DNA from: Botryllus schlosseri
Taxonomy: Eukaryota
DNA: 60,000 nucleotides
Direction of reading: 5' to 3'
Assembly: GCA_051294905.1 (NCBI GenBank)
Contig: CM119371.1
Span: 12,216,001-12,276,000 of the forward strand
In this document: positions 40,441 through 53,552 of the stretch, piece after piece
How positions within the stretch are numbered: position 1 is the stretch's first letter
Layout of the letters: every line of letters begins with the position of its first letter
Position numbers and translations under genes: made by a program
The notes under the pieces: model-generated
What the model saw: only the letters and a program-made list of their open reading frames with translations
What the model was told of the DNA's origin: nothing
The model's database searches: none

Positions 40441-40887
40441 CAGAGGTCTCAAACTCAAATGTGCTTGCGGGCCAGTTTTTCCGTTTTGACGACGCCGCGG
40501 GCCGCAGCATTTATAGGGGTATTCTATGTCTTAACAAGTAGGCCTTATTTGGCGGGCCGAGAAACGCTAAATGCCTGATAGGAATATGTGAAACTATTAT
40601 TAATAATGACGAAATTAAGTCGTGAAACGGAAAAATCTTCGCGCCTCGCGCGTCCATAGCTAGTTCCAGATAATATTCATAACATGACCACTCGCGATTT
40701 CGGTGGGTATAGTAAGCCGATCTGAATAAATAAATCAGTCCGGAGCTCATCAGAAATGGGCATGGGCAATTTAACATTGGTATTTGGCGTCCAGTTGGTT
40801 CATTATGACTACTCCCTGAAATGCGGCTGTAGGCTACATGGGTAATTGATTTGCTGCCGTGAATAGCAAAATGGTTGTCAATCCTTG
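40441..40887. mobile_element. hAT MITE (apparently chimeric)
   Basis: The left end CAGAGGTCTCAAACTC matches 48345-48452 (reverse complement). The right part matches 22810-23075. Absent from the duplicate copy. Confidence 0.7.
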
Positions 40888-41290
40888 ATATAGTCAGATA
40901 CATCGCAACAAATCGAAGCTAATGTTAGTAAGAAATAACCCGAATATCCAGATGTCGGTCTCGATTTTCCGCGTCTTGAAAATATTAGCAGATAGAATAG
41001 CTCGAATGGAGTGTTTAATACATATATATCTAATGGAACTGTGATCAACCTGCCGTTTTTTCATTATACTGGTACTATACATGCTACGACCGACCGAGAC
41101 CCCGTTAAATAAATCTGACTGCAAATGGACGATGATGGAGAGATCTCAGGTACAACTTTCACAAAACCCTATGTTCAAAAGCAGTAATTCAATAAACTAG
41201 CCGTAAAATAACAAATTTTCATGCGATGTAAAAATCTATTTATCGTGACAGAGAAGCAACTCTATGGTTAGCTAATTGAATACGTGATGA

Positions 41291-41503
41291 GCTTCTTGAA
41301 GGTACAGAACTTCAATATACAATTGAATAGTATATTCATATTGAAATGAACCCGAATATTCTCGACTGACACTCGTCAGGGGTAATCGTCAGCAACTAGT
41401 AGAGAATGTACAATGTTCTTTCCAATTCTCTACTAGTGGTTTACGAATGCCCCTGACGGGCGTCAGCCGAAAATATTCGGGTTCATTTGAATATGAATAT
41501 ACT
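41291..41503. mobile_element. Palindromic/foldback element
   Basis: Inverted arms TAGTATATTCATATTGAAATGAACCCGAATATT... / ...AATATTCGGGTTCATTTGAATATGAATATACTA. Absent at the orthologous site of the duplicate (~57898). Other copies at 48791-49085 and ~32423-32500. Confidence 0.8.
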
Positions 41504-41771
41504 AAATAAACAAATACTTATATTTGATCGACCCGAATACAAGAAATGAATCGTTACGTCATCTTTAACCATCTTACAGCATAGATTATATGAGTGGCAT
41601 ATCAGTGGATTTGCATTTGCAATCCAACAAATATTTTTAGTAGCCTGATACAAAAGTATCGAACATATATGTAAATGTATCAGTTAACTACTGTACAGGC
41701 ACTGTGTACTCATGGTTTAGTGTATCCTCTGCAGAATAGCCTCATATCCCGGCCACCTATATGGTTGGAAT

Positions 41772-43318
41772 CAGACTTGTACAAACTATTGAATATTCAA
41801 AACTAGGAAGTATAACTAGATCTAGGACTACTGGTTTTCCAAACCATCAACTATAGAACTAGAAATAACGACTAGAGCCAACTACAAAAGACGACTGACT
41901 TTGTACTGACCGTTGGTTCAGGGCGAATAATTTAAGTAATGCATGTAAGTGTAGTTAGATGTGTAATGTGGTTGATTTTGGTTTTTGTGACTCACTGAAA
42001 ATCTGGAGCGGCCCGAAGGCTTGCCGATTAGCGTATGACAGACCTGGTCATGTTACGGCCCACGGGCCAAATCCGGATCGAGTAAAGTTGCTTGAAATTT
42101 GATTTATTCATTTGAATTAATATTAAAACCACAAAGGGTGTATAAATCGAACCTAGAATGTGTTTACTTTGAAGGCTGCGTCGTGACTATTGACCTATAT
42201 ATTTTAATATATAATAAAACCACGGGATATATAAATCAAACCGGAAATACGTTTACTTTGAAGGCTGTTTGGTAGACATTTATGCACCGTGGTTACGCAA
42301 CTTGATTCGTCGTATGCGAAATTTATTCACGATAAAGTCGATACCACAAGGGTTAATTTACGTGAGGATGATGCAATAGACACACTGTCACTCGGCTGAG
42401 ACTGCGAGAAGGCGTATTGCAGAAACCATGGCTGCAAAACTACCAAAACAACAAGGCTATTTTACCAATTTACATACCGCTCGGCATGTGGTGACCAAGC
42501 TATTATATTCTTTACATTTTGGTGTCTCGATCGAAGGACATACGTGGGGGTTGGTGTGAATGAACTCAGTTAACAATGTTTCTTTGTTTACCATTGATTT
42601 AATTTATTAGTGGAATAAATATTATTTTTTTGTACTCCAACTTTCTAATTGCGTAATAGCAACACATCCACCCGGCAGCTTGTGTTAACAACGCAATTCA
42701 ATGCGTTCAATTAAGAAATTAATATACTTTAGAATAAAGTGCAAACCTCTGACTTGGACAGCCAGCGTATTTCTTGCTTCTCATTCTCAGAGAAATTATT
42801 GCCTACCTCAAGTCAATAAAGGTTAAGAATTATACTGAACTGAATTTGATTTTCTTAGGCAACTCATTAATTTTGATTTTATCGGAAATATCAGACATAT
42901 AGTCGACATTTTGAAACGACGGGGTTTGGAGTTTGAAGTGGGAGAGATTTCTACCCCAAAAAACCTCACGCTGGCTATGCCACTGTTAGTAATGACGGCT
43001 CCAAGCTAGCATTGGCTGCACAATGCACATTCAACAGAACAGCGGTATCACGATTCACGCAAAAAGACGACACTAGTGTTCGACAAGTTGTTCGGCGACT
43101 AAAATTTTTCAATTGTGCAACTAAAACTAGAACTACCGAATTTTCAAAATCTGCAACTAAAACTAGAACTGGAACTACTCACTTTTGAAAATTCGCAACT
43201 AGAACTATAACTATCCAATTCATAATATACGCAACTAGAACTAGAACTAGATCTACTCAGATCTCCGTTAATTATAGTTGACCGTCAACAAATTAAATGG
43301 CTAATTTGTACCAGTCTA
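41772..43318. mobile_element. hAT non-autonomous element with AACTAGAACT subterminal repeats
   Basis: Ends CAGACTTGTACAAA / TTTGTACCAGTCTA, TSD GTTGGAAT/GTTTGAAT. Also present in the duplicate from 58623. Confidence 0.8.
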
Positions 43319-44197
43319 GTTTGAATAGGTTCATCAATTGAACGATAGCCTCAATATTGTCTGGACTCAATAATTAGCCCCTAACTCTCATATCGACATT
43401 GTTTCGCTTGGCTACATTTTCCAAGTATCTTATTTGTAGGCTTATAATAGGCAGTGTTCGCACATGTAATAGAGGGCTGTTCGACTGTCTCTACTAACAT
43501 GCATGAATGGCACCGGCCATCTTCGTCTCAAGTTATCAGATCAATTACATGTAAATTAATATGCTGTTAAATATACAATTGCAAGCCCCGTTCGCGATTC
43601 GAGTACCGTGAAGTTGTCATAAGAGACAAATTTGGGTAATATACATTGAACATTGGTTAGGAAGAGGCAGGTAAAATTGAGCCAGTGTTTTAATAAGTTG
43701 TAACTAACAATATTGACAGTATATTAAAGTGGAGAAGATTATTAAACCGCAGGCTTAGATCAACCTCGTTGCGACAGACTTTGATATACGGAAATGTTAT
43801 CTGAAAGACATTCGCTACAATACGACGATCGCTCGTTGTCAAATGAATTGAGAAAGAATTTATTGAAATCAGAGCTGCTGGTGTATATTGAGCTATGTGG
43901 CAACGATAAACATGTCTGGCTGCTTTTCCTGGTTGCATTCGTCAAACCAAGGTTTGGACTATTGTGCGATACCAAACGCATGCGGCTCGCAGACGCTGAT
44001 TTTCCGGCCCGCAACATCTGCGATGTTTACACTAGTCAACACATGTTTTTAGGAAGACAAAGTGAGTATAGGGTTGGGGGCTCTGAAGGGCACTGATTTC
44101 GAATATGGCCTTATTTTTTCAAATTGGCTCTTATTTTGGAGATAACCTATGGGGCTGTTTCGACTAAAATCTTCCATTATCGCTGTAATCGCTAGAT

Positions 44198-45265
44198 CAG
44201 GGGTGGGTAAACTATAGCCCGCATGCGACGCACCACGCCTTTCGGTGCGGCCCGCGAGAGTCTAAAGAAACTTTTTGAAAATTGTGATAAAATGCGTAGT
44301 AAAAATCGAATTATTGTAGGAACTTGATTAATATTTTCTTAGTATATTTAACCATGATAATTCCAAGACAGTGGTTTTCAAACTGATGGGCGCGCCCCCC
44401 TCGGGGGCGTGAAAGCATCTGAATGGGCGCGAAACTGAGCTCGACCGAAAAAAAAATTTCATCCAGTTCATAATTATTGCTATATATTTAGTCTGAATTA
44501 CATGTTTAAAAATATTTCATCCACAGTCGTAACCTTCCACGCCATCAAACTACCCGTCAGGTTTGCTAGCATCCTGGTTGCGTTTCGTTATATGACGATA
44601 AGGGGGCGCGAAATCTTTGACCATCGTAAGGGGGGTGGGGGGCGTGTCCAAAAAAGTTTGAGAGCCACTGATCTAACGTAAATACTTGATATCACAGCGG
44701 GATAGCTGCAACGAGATTGACATAATTTGGATCACCAGTGGGATTTCAGATTGCCCACTTCATTTTTATTTTATTTCAGTGATGTGCTTATAAAAACCGA
44801 TGTGGGCGTGTCTTAGGTACATTCGTTGTCTGTATACGTAGAATGGGGGTATTTATATTTTATCTACACATAGTAGAAGCGTGTTTGAAGTTAACATGAT
44901 TATGATGCTGTCAGCACTGTGTGTCCTGGAACTGAGCCAAAAGTGGAACTACTAAATCTATGAACAGAGCACTGCTCACATATTCATATTTCAATCCTAT
45001 TTTAAGAATCGGGCCAACCGATTTTTATCTCTATAGTTTTGACAAATTGGTTATTGAGGTCCGCCTGCCTATGAAATCTCGCCACTATATGTTTCTGACG
45101 TGTGTACGATATCATCAAAGCAATATTTGACTTGTTTTAAATAAGCACATATATTGTCTCCATGTCCTCACTATATAATCAAATATCAATATTGCGTTTT
45201 GGTTTTATAATCCCATTTTTATATAGTGCAGCCCGTGATTGATTTTGAAAGTTTGCCCACCCCTG
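44198..45265. mobile_element. hAT MITE with a nested MITE (44369-44670)
   Basis: CAGGGGTGGGTAAACT / AGTTTGCCCACCCCTG, TSD CGCTAGAT/CGCTGGAT. Confidence 0.85.
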
Positions 45266-47482
45266 CGCTGGATAAAAAATCGGCCGAGTCTTACGATAAA
45301 GTTTAGAAAATCAATCTACTTCCTATTGTTACCCACAAACGACTCTTTCAAATCAAAATACAGCAACAGCACTGTATTTAGGGGTATTCGACTTTGAACG
45401 CAATTTCTGCTGGCACAGTATTGTTAAGGAAATCCGATGTGTCATATTTGTCGAAGAACAGTAGTTGTAACGAAGCGTGGAAGCTTAAAATGATACCACA
45501 ACTGTTTGTTCCGAAGTTGTAGCCTATACATCGTCTGATGTTATAAAAACGTTGATAGCTAGGTGTCAAGCCCAGCAATATATACTTCGAGGCATTGTTA
45601 AAATTGCCGAAGACGTCACAGACACATCAGAACGTCAGAACCCCTTTGAATTTTTATCATAAGTATCGTGACCTGTGTGAATGCTGGTAATTTTGCACGC
45701 AGATTAAATCGACTATAGAGAATAAATATTCGCAGAAGTACTCGGTTTTGTATCGAGTATAAATTTGGTCTCCAACAACGTTTTCAATTCGGATTTGAAT
45801 CTTGCTGCTTGATTGCGAAGAGTCGATACTGCATGTTTTGTGACTTATGTTTCACCATAAAGATCAAACTCAACAGTTTTGTATTGTTAATTCGAGTCTA
45901 TAAATATTCAGTTGCCATACCCCATGTCTATGCCAAATGATTTTGGTTTGCATTGGCCAATATACCCGGAGGTGGTTGGTAACGACGTACCCAAGTAGTT
46001 TTCCTCCAGAGGTTACTACTTTCTAAAGTAGATTTATTTATCCGCTACTTCCGCTTCGTCGTATTTTGGGGTATGACTTACTTACTTTACGCAATTTACA
46101 GTTTGGGAAGTAGAAGTATCGCGGTTCCCGAAACGCGGTTCCCGCGGTTCCCGAAACGCCAAAAATAACTCGGCCTGCGTATATCACAGCTAAATAAGAC
46201 TACAAACACGTTAGTCTTTTTGGAAAAGTATATGCAAAATATATGTGCAGTTGTGCACACTGCACACGCACATCCACTTGGATTTCGGAACTAATAAGAG
46301 GTTTATACCTCAGATCATGTAGGCCCGTTTGGTGAAATTAGTATAAATTGATAGGAAATAATCAAAGGAATAGTGTCAAGACAATGTTTGATGGATATCT
46401 GTTAGTAGCAACATCCAATATTTTGATCTAAGTCAAGAGAAGGAACCAGTTGATAAAATAAGAGTTGATCGCGAGGCTGAATTTAAATTGACAGCTCACA
46501 AGTGTAATATCATCAGCCAGTCCCATTCATTTGTCTGTAGTGTCATAATGGGAGAAGCAAATGAATTTGTATTAACGTTCTGTTCAGATTCTTACATAGT
46601 CTGTTACGCTAGTTTTCAGTTTCGGATACCTAACTACTCAAGATAGTCGGGTCCATGTAGAGACCGGCAATCATTTATATTCAGAAGCGTTAGTTATAGC
46701 ATGTAGGTATAGATCAGTGGTTCTTAACCTTTTTTCCTCCAGCGCCCCTTTTCGGGAAATTATCGTGCTCCAGCGCCGCCAAACCCCATTTTGTAAGGAA
46801 TGTAATAAAGACAATGGGTAAGAGGGATAGCCGTACCAGCACTTCCTCAAACCCCCTGAAAACGATTCTCTTGTGTACCCATAGCGTGATGAGCAAAACT
46901 TCTGGGGGTATAGCCCCCAAGAACCGCATGAACGTATTAAACTAAAGTAGGCACACGATTCAAAATTGGTATTTCTTCACCGGCAACAATATTTCTCTGA
47001 TGGATGTTATTTGTCCTGTGTGGTGCAGATTGCGACGACATGATAATTCGGCACGAGCGATTTAAGCACGTATGCACAATAAGACTTATATATACATCGA
47101 GGTTCACGGTCAACATAAGTACAACCCTCTTCAGCTAAGGTTTTCTAGCTGACGATCTTTTGTCACACTTCTCGGAGACCGATATTGGCCGGAACTTCAT
47201 ATGGCTTTGTGCATCGTGGCGTAGTAATGGCCGACGCCGAAATGCCTATTTCTGTTTTCTATACTTATGCGTGTTTTTTCGTGGGGAAGTAGTCAAAACA
47301 CGATGTGTAATTTATGTCCATTCTCCGAAATAATTTAGGGCACCGTTCGAGCTCAAAATTGGGGGTTAGGGTTGCGGCAGTTTCGGTCCTGGTAAGAGGT
47401 CGAAGTCCAGTCGGTCTTTTCGGAACTTAAGTATTATAAATATTTTGCGCTTTAATCGCGCTCGAGGACCATTCGACCATAT

Positions 47483-49547
47483 CAGTGGTACTTAACCTTG
47501 ACTCCAGCGCCCCCCCCCCCAAGGAGCGCTGGCGATTTGGAAGGGGCCGGAAACCCTCAGGGGGCGATATGGGGGGCGCTGGGATCAGGGGGCGATACGG
47601 CCGCATGCGGCCCGCCAGAGCATTTTGTGCGGCCCGCGACGACATTTTAGATTTTTATTATTTTGTCAATATATAAGTGTCACATATATATTTTCAGGTT
47701 ATAAAGCAAAAATTCCCACTTAAATTGCTCCGAAAGCCAGAAAGTATTCATCAAACTTCACTATCAAAGCAAATGCAAACGCTACCATGCAGTGGAAGAT
47801 TCACTATTTCGTCACATTTCCAATTCATGATGACAAAACACGACCCTTGGACGATTCGTGACTGAAATTTGTGAGTTGGACTCGGACGCAAGCTTTCTTA
47901 GAATTACTCAGACTCGGGCTAACTCGATGGCAAAATGAAAATGACTCGATTGGACTCGGAGTGATTCAGAATGCCGTCATATGCTTTTCAGAAGTATACC
48001 CGAATCCTGGATTGGAATTACAATGCTCAACCTAAAAATGTTTTGATATCAGATCAGTCTGTTTTATCAATCTGTTAAATTCAAAATAGTCATAGTAGCT
48101 GAAAAATTATAACCCGATAGCTTCTATGATGGAATCTGGCATTTTCCCACCCATATGGTGTATATATCTTATAATTAATGTATATTAAGTACAACAACAA
48201 TTCTATTCAAATAGGTATAAATGTGATGATTCTTTACGTGCCAGGTCTAAATTGATACGAGAGTAAATCAAATTCTGACGATGATTGATTACTACCAGTC
48301 TGCTGGATCGGCTCACTTTCAATGGGACAATTCATCCCCACCAAATAAGGCCTAATTGGAAAGACATAGAATACCCCTATAAATGCTGCGGCCCGCGGCG
48401 CCGTCAAAACTGGAAAAATGGCCCGCGAGCACATTTGAGTTTAAGACGTCTGTATTATATCATGCAGCGCACAGCGTGTGGAAATTGAAGAAGGAGGCAC
48501 CGTATATCACATTAGAGAGTGAAATCCCCTTGTACATCAAATTTGTTTTTAGGCTTTGTGCACGAAATGAATAACTAAATATACTTGTATTTGAGAGCTA
48601 AAAATTAAATCGTCAGGATATTTTCTCATCGCATCACAAATGATGATGCTTATCTAGTGTTGTGGTCCACAACCTCACATGAACGTTATATAATATGAGT
48701 TGCTTTGTTAGGAATACATTCATGTTTGAATAAATAACTAGGTACAGTACTGAATTCAATGTGAGCAGATCTATGCATCCCATTCTCTTCCACAATTAAA
48801 TAGTATATTCATATTGAAATGAACCCGAATATTTTCGGCTGACTCCTTTTGTTGTCGTGTACCACCTAAAAATAGTACATTGAATGCTCTCTCATTCAAA
48901 ATTTCATGCTGGTGACGTAATATTTTGTGATACGATTGTTGATATACAATGCTCTTTCTAATTCTCTACTAGTTGGAGACGATTGCCCCTGACGAGTCTC
49001 AGCCGAAAATATTCGGGTTCATTTCAATATGAATATACTATTTAATTGTATATTGAAGTTCTGTACCTCCAAGAAGCTCTTCAAATCTTTCTCAATTGAC
49101 TTACTTAGTCACACAAAGCACTAAAACAAAATCCAATACCATTAACTTCCCTGTATTGCTAATCGCAGATGTGAATTCGGGATGGTTCGAACCACAGGAT
49201 ATGGGACCGTGCCCGATTGTTGCTAGAAACACCTTGCACCCCACAGGACAAATAACATCCACGAGAGAAATATTGTTGCCGGTGAAGAAATACCAATTTT
49301 GAATCGTGTGCTTACTTTAGTTTAACACATTCATGCGGTTCTTGGGGGTTATACCCCCAGAAGTTTTGCTCATCACGCTATGGGTACACAAGAGAATCAT
49401 TTTCAGGTGGTTTGAGGAAGTGCTGTTACGGCTCTCCGTCTTACACATTGTCTTTATTACAATCCTTACAAAATGGGGTTAGGGGGCACTGGAGCACGAT
49501 AATTTCCTGAAAAGGGGCGCTGGAGGAAAAAAGGTTAAGAACCACTG
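47483..49547 (+). mobile_element. Inner hAT copy B, same family as A, opposite orientation
   Basis: CAGTGGTACTTAACCT / AGGTTAAGAACCACTG, TSD GACCATAT/GACTATAT. Contains a further MITE (~47599-48452) and a foldback element. Confidence 0.88.
48791..49085. mobile_element. Palindromic/foldback element copy
   Basis: ~50-bp near-perfect inverted arms (ACAATTAAATAGTATATTCATATTGAAATGAACCCGAATATTTTCGGCTGA). Absent from copy A. Confidence 0.8.
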
Positions 49548-49759
49548 GACTATATTAAACCATATGATAATTATATGTGGTATATTCAGGGTCAAATCAA
49601 GGTATTTATAGCAACAATCGGGCACGGTCCCATATCCTGTGGTTCGAACCATCCCGAATTCACATCTGCGATTAGCAACAATCTTGGAGTATTTGGTTGT
49701 ATTAAGCTTTAAAGTAATCTAGGCTATAATCTAGGCTATATACCCATCCAAGAAACAAA

Positions 49760-50590
49760 ATGACAAAGCCCGGAACAAACGAAGAAGTCATCTTGCTGAG
49801 ACTGAAAAAGATGGAGAGTAAACTGGATAATACGCTCGCTGAAGTCAAAGTGTTAAAGGAAGAAAACAAGGAACTGCGCAACATCATCTCAGAACTGCAG
49901 ACTACAGTTGAAGATATCAAAAAGTCTGGTTCTGCCGTAGAAGAACTGCGAAAAGAGATAGAATCTTGCAAGTCTGGTATGGAATTCATGAATGCAGAAT
50001 TTGAGGACACCAAGAAAAAACTAGAACGCGCCTCACAAGAATCCATGCTCAACGAACACGACAAATTTGAGTCAACTATGAGATTCCTGAGCAAAAAAAT
50101 ATCTGACCTAGAACGCACCAACGACAACGTGGAGCAGCAATCTCGAAACAACAACCTGGAATTTCATGGTGTTCCCCACTCCGAAAAAGAAAATCTGCCT
50201 GAAACCATCATGAAAATAGCTAACGCCTTGAAAGCTGAGATTACTGCGCCACAGATTGTGCAGTGTTATAGAGTGCGCTTCAGAAATAAGGACAAAACAG
50301 GACCCGTTATAGCCAAATTCTCTTCAGAGCAACCAAAAAAAGAATTCCTCAAAGTGAAAAAGGCCAAAAGGGATATCAAGGAGTTTGGTGTAGATGGAAT
50401 GAAACAACTCTTCATAAACGAAAATTTAACAAATTACAGAAGAGATGTTCTCTTTGAAGCGCGAGCTGCGAAACAAAAGAAAAGCTTCAAATACCTCTGG
50501 ACTGCAAATGGAAATATCTACATGAAAAAGAATGATGGTGCACCCAGAATCCACATTGAGTCAAAGGATGACCTCGATAAACTCAAATAG
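49760..50590 (+). CDS. LINE ORF1 protein (coiled coil + RRM-like + C-terminal domain)
   Basis: 276 aa, with a heptad-rich N-half and the motifs RNNNLEFHGVP, FINENLT and KYLWTANGNIYMKK typical of CR1/L2-group ORF1. Confidence 0.88.
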   Translation: MTKPGTNEEVILLRLKKMESKLDNTLAEVKVLKEENKELRNIISELQTTVEDIKKSGSAVEELRKEIESCKSGMEFMNAEFEDTKKKLERASQESMLNEHDKFESTMRFLSKKISDLERTNDNVEQQSRNNNLEFHGVPHSEKENLPETIMKIANALKAEITAPQIVQCYRVRFRNKDKTGPVIAKFSSEQPKKEFLKVKKAKRDIKEFGVDGMKQLFINENLTNYRRDVLFEARAAKQKKSFKYLWTANGNIYMKKNDGAPRIHIESKDDLDKLK

Positions 50591-50637
50591 AAACTGCTAT
50601 ACTGCTCTCTCACTGCAAACGCAACCCACACTAAAAA

Positions 50638-53552
50638 ATGGCTCAAAACTTTTTCAACGTGAGCAACTGCAGATCTATCAATTCAACGAATAGTAGTGAT
50701 ATCCCCTCATCTCAAGGAATTTTACTTGCACACTTAAACACAAGATCCCTCCAAGCTCATCTAGATGAAATTCCCCCCTGTTTGAAATGTTCAATTGCTC
50801 ACCAACCCTCATCGGAATCTCTGAGACCAAGTTGAAAGAACATCCAACGACTAATGTTAACCTGACAGGTTTCAACTTTTTACACTCGCCATCTAAAACG
50901 AACGCTGGAGGTGTTGGACTATACATCAACGAAGGTCTAAGATATGACATGATGCCCGAAGTAAAATTTGAAACCGAAGGCGTAGAATATATATTTGTCA
51001 GAGTACATGTACAAAAAGCTCTCACAGTGGCAGTCATCTACAAACACCCAGGAACAAAACAAGAGACTTTTCTTGACGAATTCTCAAATATTCTGGAAAC
51101 GCTAACGGCAGCTAACGAACAAATATTTATTATGGGAGATATAAATATTGATTTGCTGAAGACCACCAACTTTACCACAAGGTACCGTGAAATGCTCGAT
51201 TCTTATGGAATAGCTCAGATAATTACCGAACCCACAAGAATAACTGATCAATCCAAAACTCTACTAGATCACTTCTACTGCAACACTCATCAATATCACC
51301 TGTCCCCTTTTGTGCTCCAACACAGTATGACTGATCACTATCCCATCATCTGTCACATGAAATTGGCCCTGCCACATTGTGCTAAAGAATTTGAATCTAG
51401 AACGCCCTTAAACCCACGCGGTATAGAGGAGTATATTGAAATTGTCAGCAATACCTTCAACAACTACAAAATTCCTCCACTCACAACTGACAACTACAAC
51501 TGCCATTTTGAAAAATTTATTGAGGAACTGCGGGCAGCCCTCGACACATCTTTCCCAATTAGGAAAGTCAACCGCAATGCAAGGCGCTTGAAATCGAAAC
51601 CCTGGATTGGTTATGACATACTAGTTGCGATCAAAACAAGGGATTGGATGCATAAGCACTACTATCTGCAAGGCACCATCGAAGGCAAAAAAGTGTACAA
51701 AAAATATGCAAACCAAGTGACGCATATGAAAGAAAATGCCAAAAAAGCGTACTTCCAAAAAAGATTCGAAGAGTGCTCCAAAGATCCCAAGAACACATGG
51801 AAAACCGTTGGAGAAATTATCAACCTAACTAAAGGTAATGCTCCCAAGAGTACTGATGACATCCAGCTACTCGAGAATGGCAGCGTTATCAAAGACCAGC
51901 TTGCAGTAGCAGAAAAGTTCAATCAGTATTTTTGCAACATTGGTCCGGATCTTGCAGCTTCAATACCAAACTCCTCCGATGACTTTCTCTCGTACTTGAG
52001 TCCTGGCCCTCAGAAATCCATTTTTCTTGAGCCGACGAGCAAAGGAGAAGTTGCGATCGTATTATCTGAAATGAAAAGTAACAAAGCAGTAGGACCCGAT
52101 CTCATCCCAACTCACTTTCTGAAGCTAGTCTTTAGTATTATTGGTGATGTTATATGCATTTTCTTTAATGAGTCGATACGTCTAGGCATTTTCCCAGATG
52201 CATTGAGAACTGCCAGAGTAATGCCAGTGTTTAAGAAAGGCTGTAAAAAGCTAATTTCTAACTACCGACCAATATCTGTTTTGCCAAATCTTGCCACGGT
52301 TTTTGAGAAACTGATTGACTGCCGACTTAAGAACTTTTTTGAATTGAATGCAGTACTGTCTCCGACTCAGCATGGATTCAGATCCAACCACAACACCAAC
52401 CATGCAATACTATCAATTGTAACGGACTATTACAAAACCATCAAGCAAAAAGAAAGTGGCTGCAGCATTTTTATCGATCTCCGCAAAGCTTTCGACACTG
52501 TTAACCACAGAATCTTAAGATACAAGCTAGAACACTATGGGATCAGGGGTGTTGCAGCAACTCTACTTGAAAGCTACCTGGCAAACCGCAAACAATTTGT
52601 TAAACTGGGGACATTAAGAACGACTACCAGAGATATAACTTGTGGAGTGCCACAAGGCTCAGTCCTTGGACCGACTTTTTTCCTCATTTATATTAACGAC
52701 ATTGTTAATGCATCTTTATTCCGCACAACGCTATTTGCTGATGATACTCACCTCTTCATAACCTCCAACACTGTCGATGATTTGCATGCATCTGTGAATA
52801 GGGAACTCCCAAAAGTGTCGAGATGGCTGCAAGGAAACAAACTAAGTTTGAATGCAGATAAGACCGAGATGCTCGTTTTAAATAATGCCAGTCATAATTT
52901 CACCGTGAACATTAATCATAAACAAATCTCAATATGTGACTCAGCAAAATATCTCGGCGTCACCATTGATGCCAAAATGTCTTGGAAGCAGCATATTGAA
53001 TGCACAATATCAAAAATAGCTCGGTGTGTGGGAATAATGACCCGTCTCCAATCTTTGGTTTCCAGATCAGTACTACGAACCATCTACTTCTCTCTTTTCC
53101 ACTCGCATCTGCAATATGGAATCGTAGTATGGGGAAATGCTTGTACAACATTTTTGTGCAGAATTCGAACCCTGCAAAACCGTGCGATACGGCTGATCTC
53201 ATCTGTACCTTTACGTACCAATTTATCGCCTTACTACCGTAAGCATCGAATTTTGCGAGTTGATGAACTGTATCGCTTCGAAGTATCAAAAGTTGTTCAC
53301 AAATATTTTTCCAATAGTCTCCCTCCTGTGTTTGATGACTTTTTCATACCTGCTAAACATGTCCATTCCCATTACACGAGATCTTCGTCTAAAGGAAACG
53401 TCTACTTACCCCAACCCAATAGCAACCTAACTAAGAGATCTATCGACTACTCGGGACCTATCATCTGGAATGCATTACCATCACATATCCGTGAATTGCC
53501 TTATAATAGATTCAAAAAAGCCCTACTTGATCACCTCTTGTCGTTACACTAA
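50638..53552 (+). CDS. LINE ORF2 apurinic-like endonuclease-reverse transcriptase, with one -1 frameshift at ~50773-50778
   Basis: APE motifs HLNTRSL (upstream frame), ISET, GGVGLY, GDINID, LDHFY and TDHYPI. RT motifs YRPISVL, QHGFR, FIDLRKAFDTV, GVPQGSVLGP, FADD and YLGV. The 921-aa part (50787-53552) is uninterrupted. Confidence 0.93.

Larger units (their letters stand above)
37724..42540 (+). repeat. Segmental duplication copy 1 (copy 2 at ~55894-59345)
   Basis: Long colinear blocks match by eye (e.g. 39897-40440 vs 56005-56537, and 41050-42540 vs 57665-59345) apart from differential TE insertions. Confidence 0.9.

Noticed and set aside
43690..44096. Three overlapping ORFs as a coding exon
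   Set aside because: No domain similarity and weak splice signals, so it cannot be supported.
49702..53289. Antisense and alternate-frame ORFs (49702-50154, 50678-51037, 51662-51922, 52960-53289, 53000-53242)
   Set aside because: Shadows of LINE ORF1 and ORF2.
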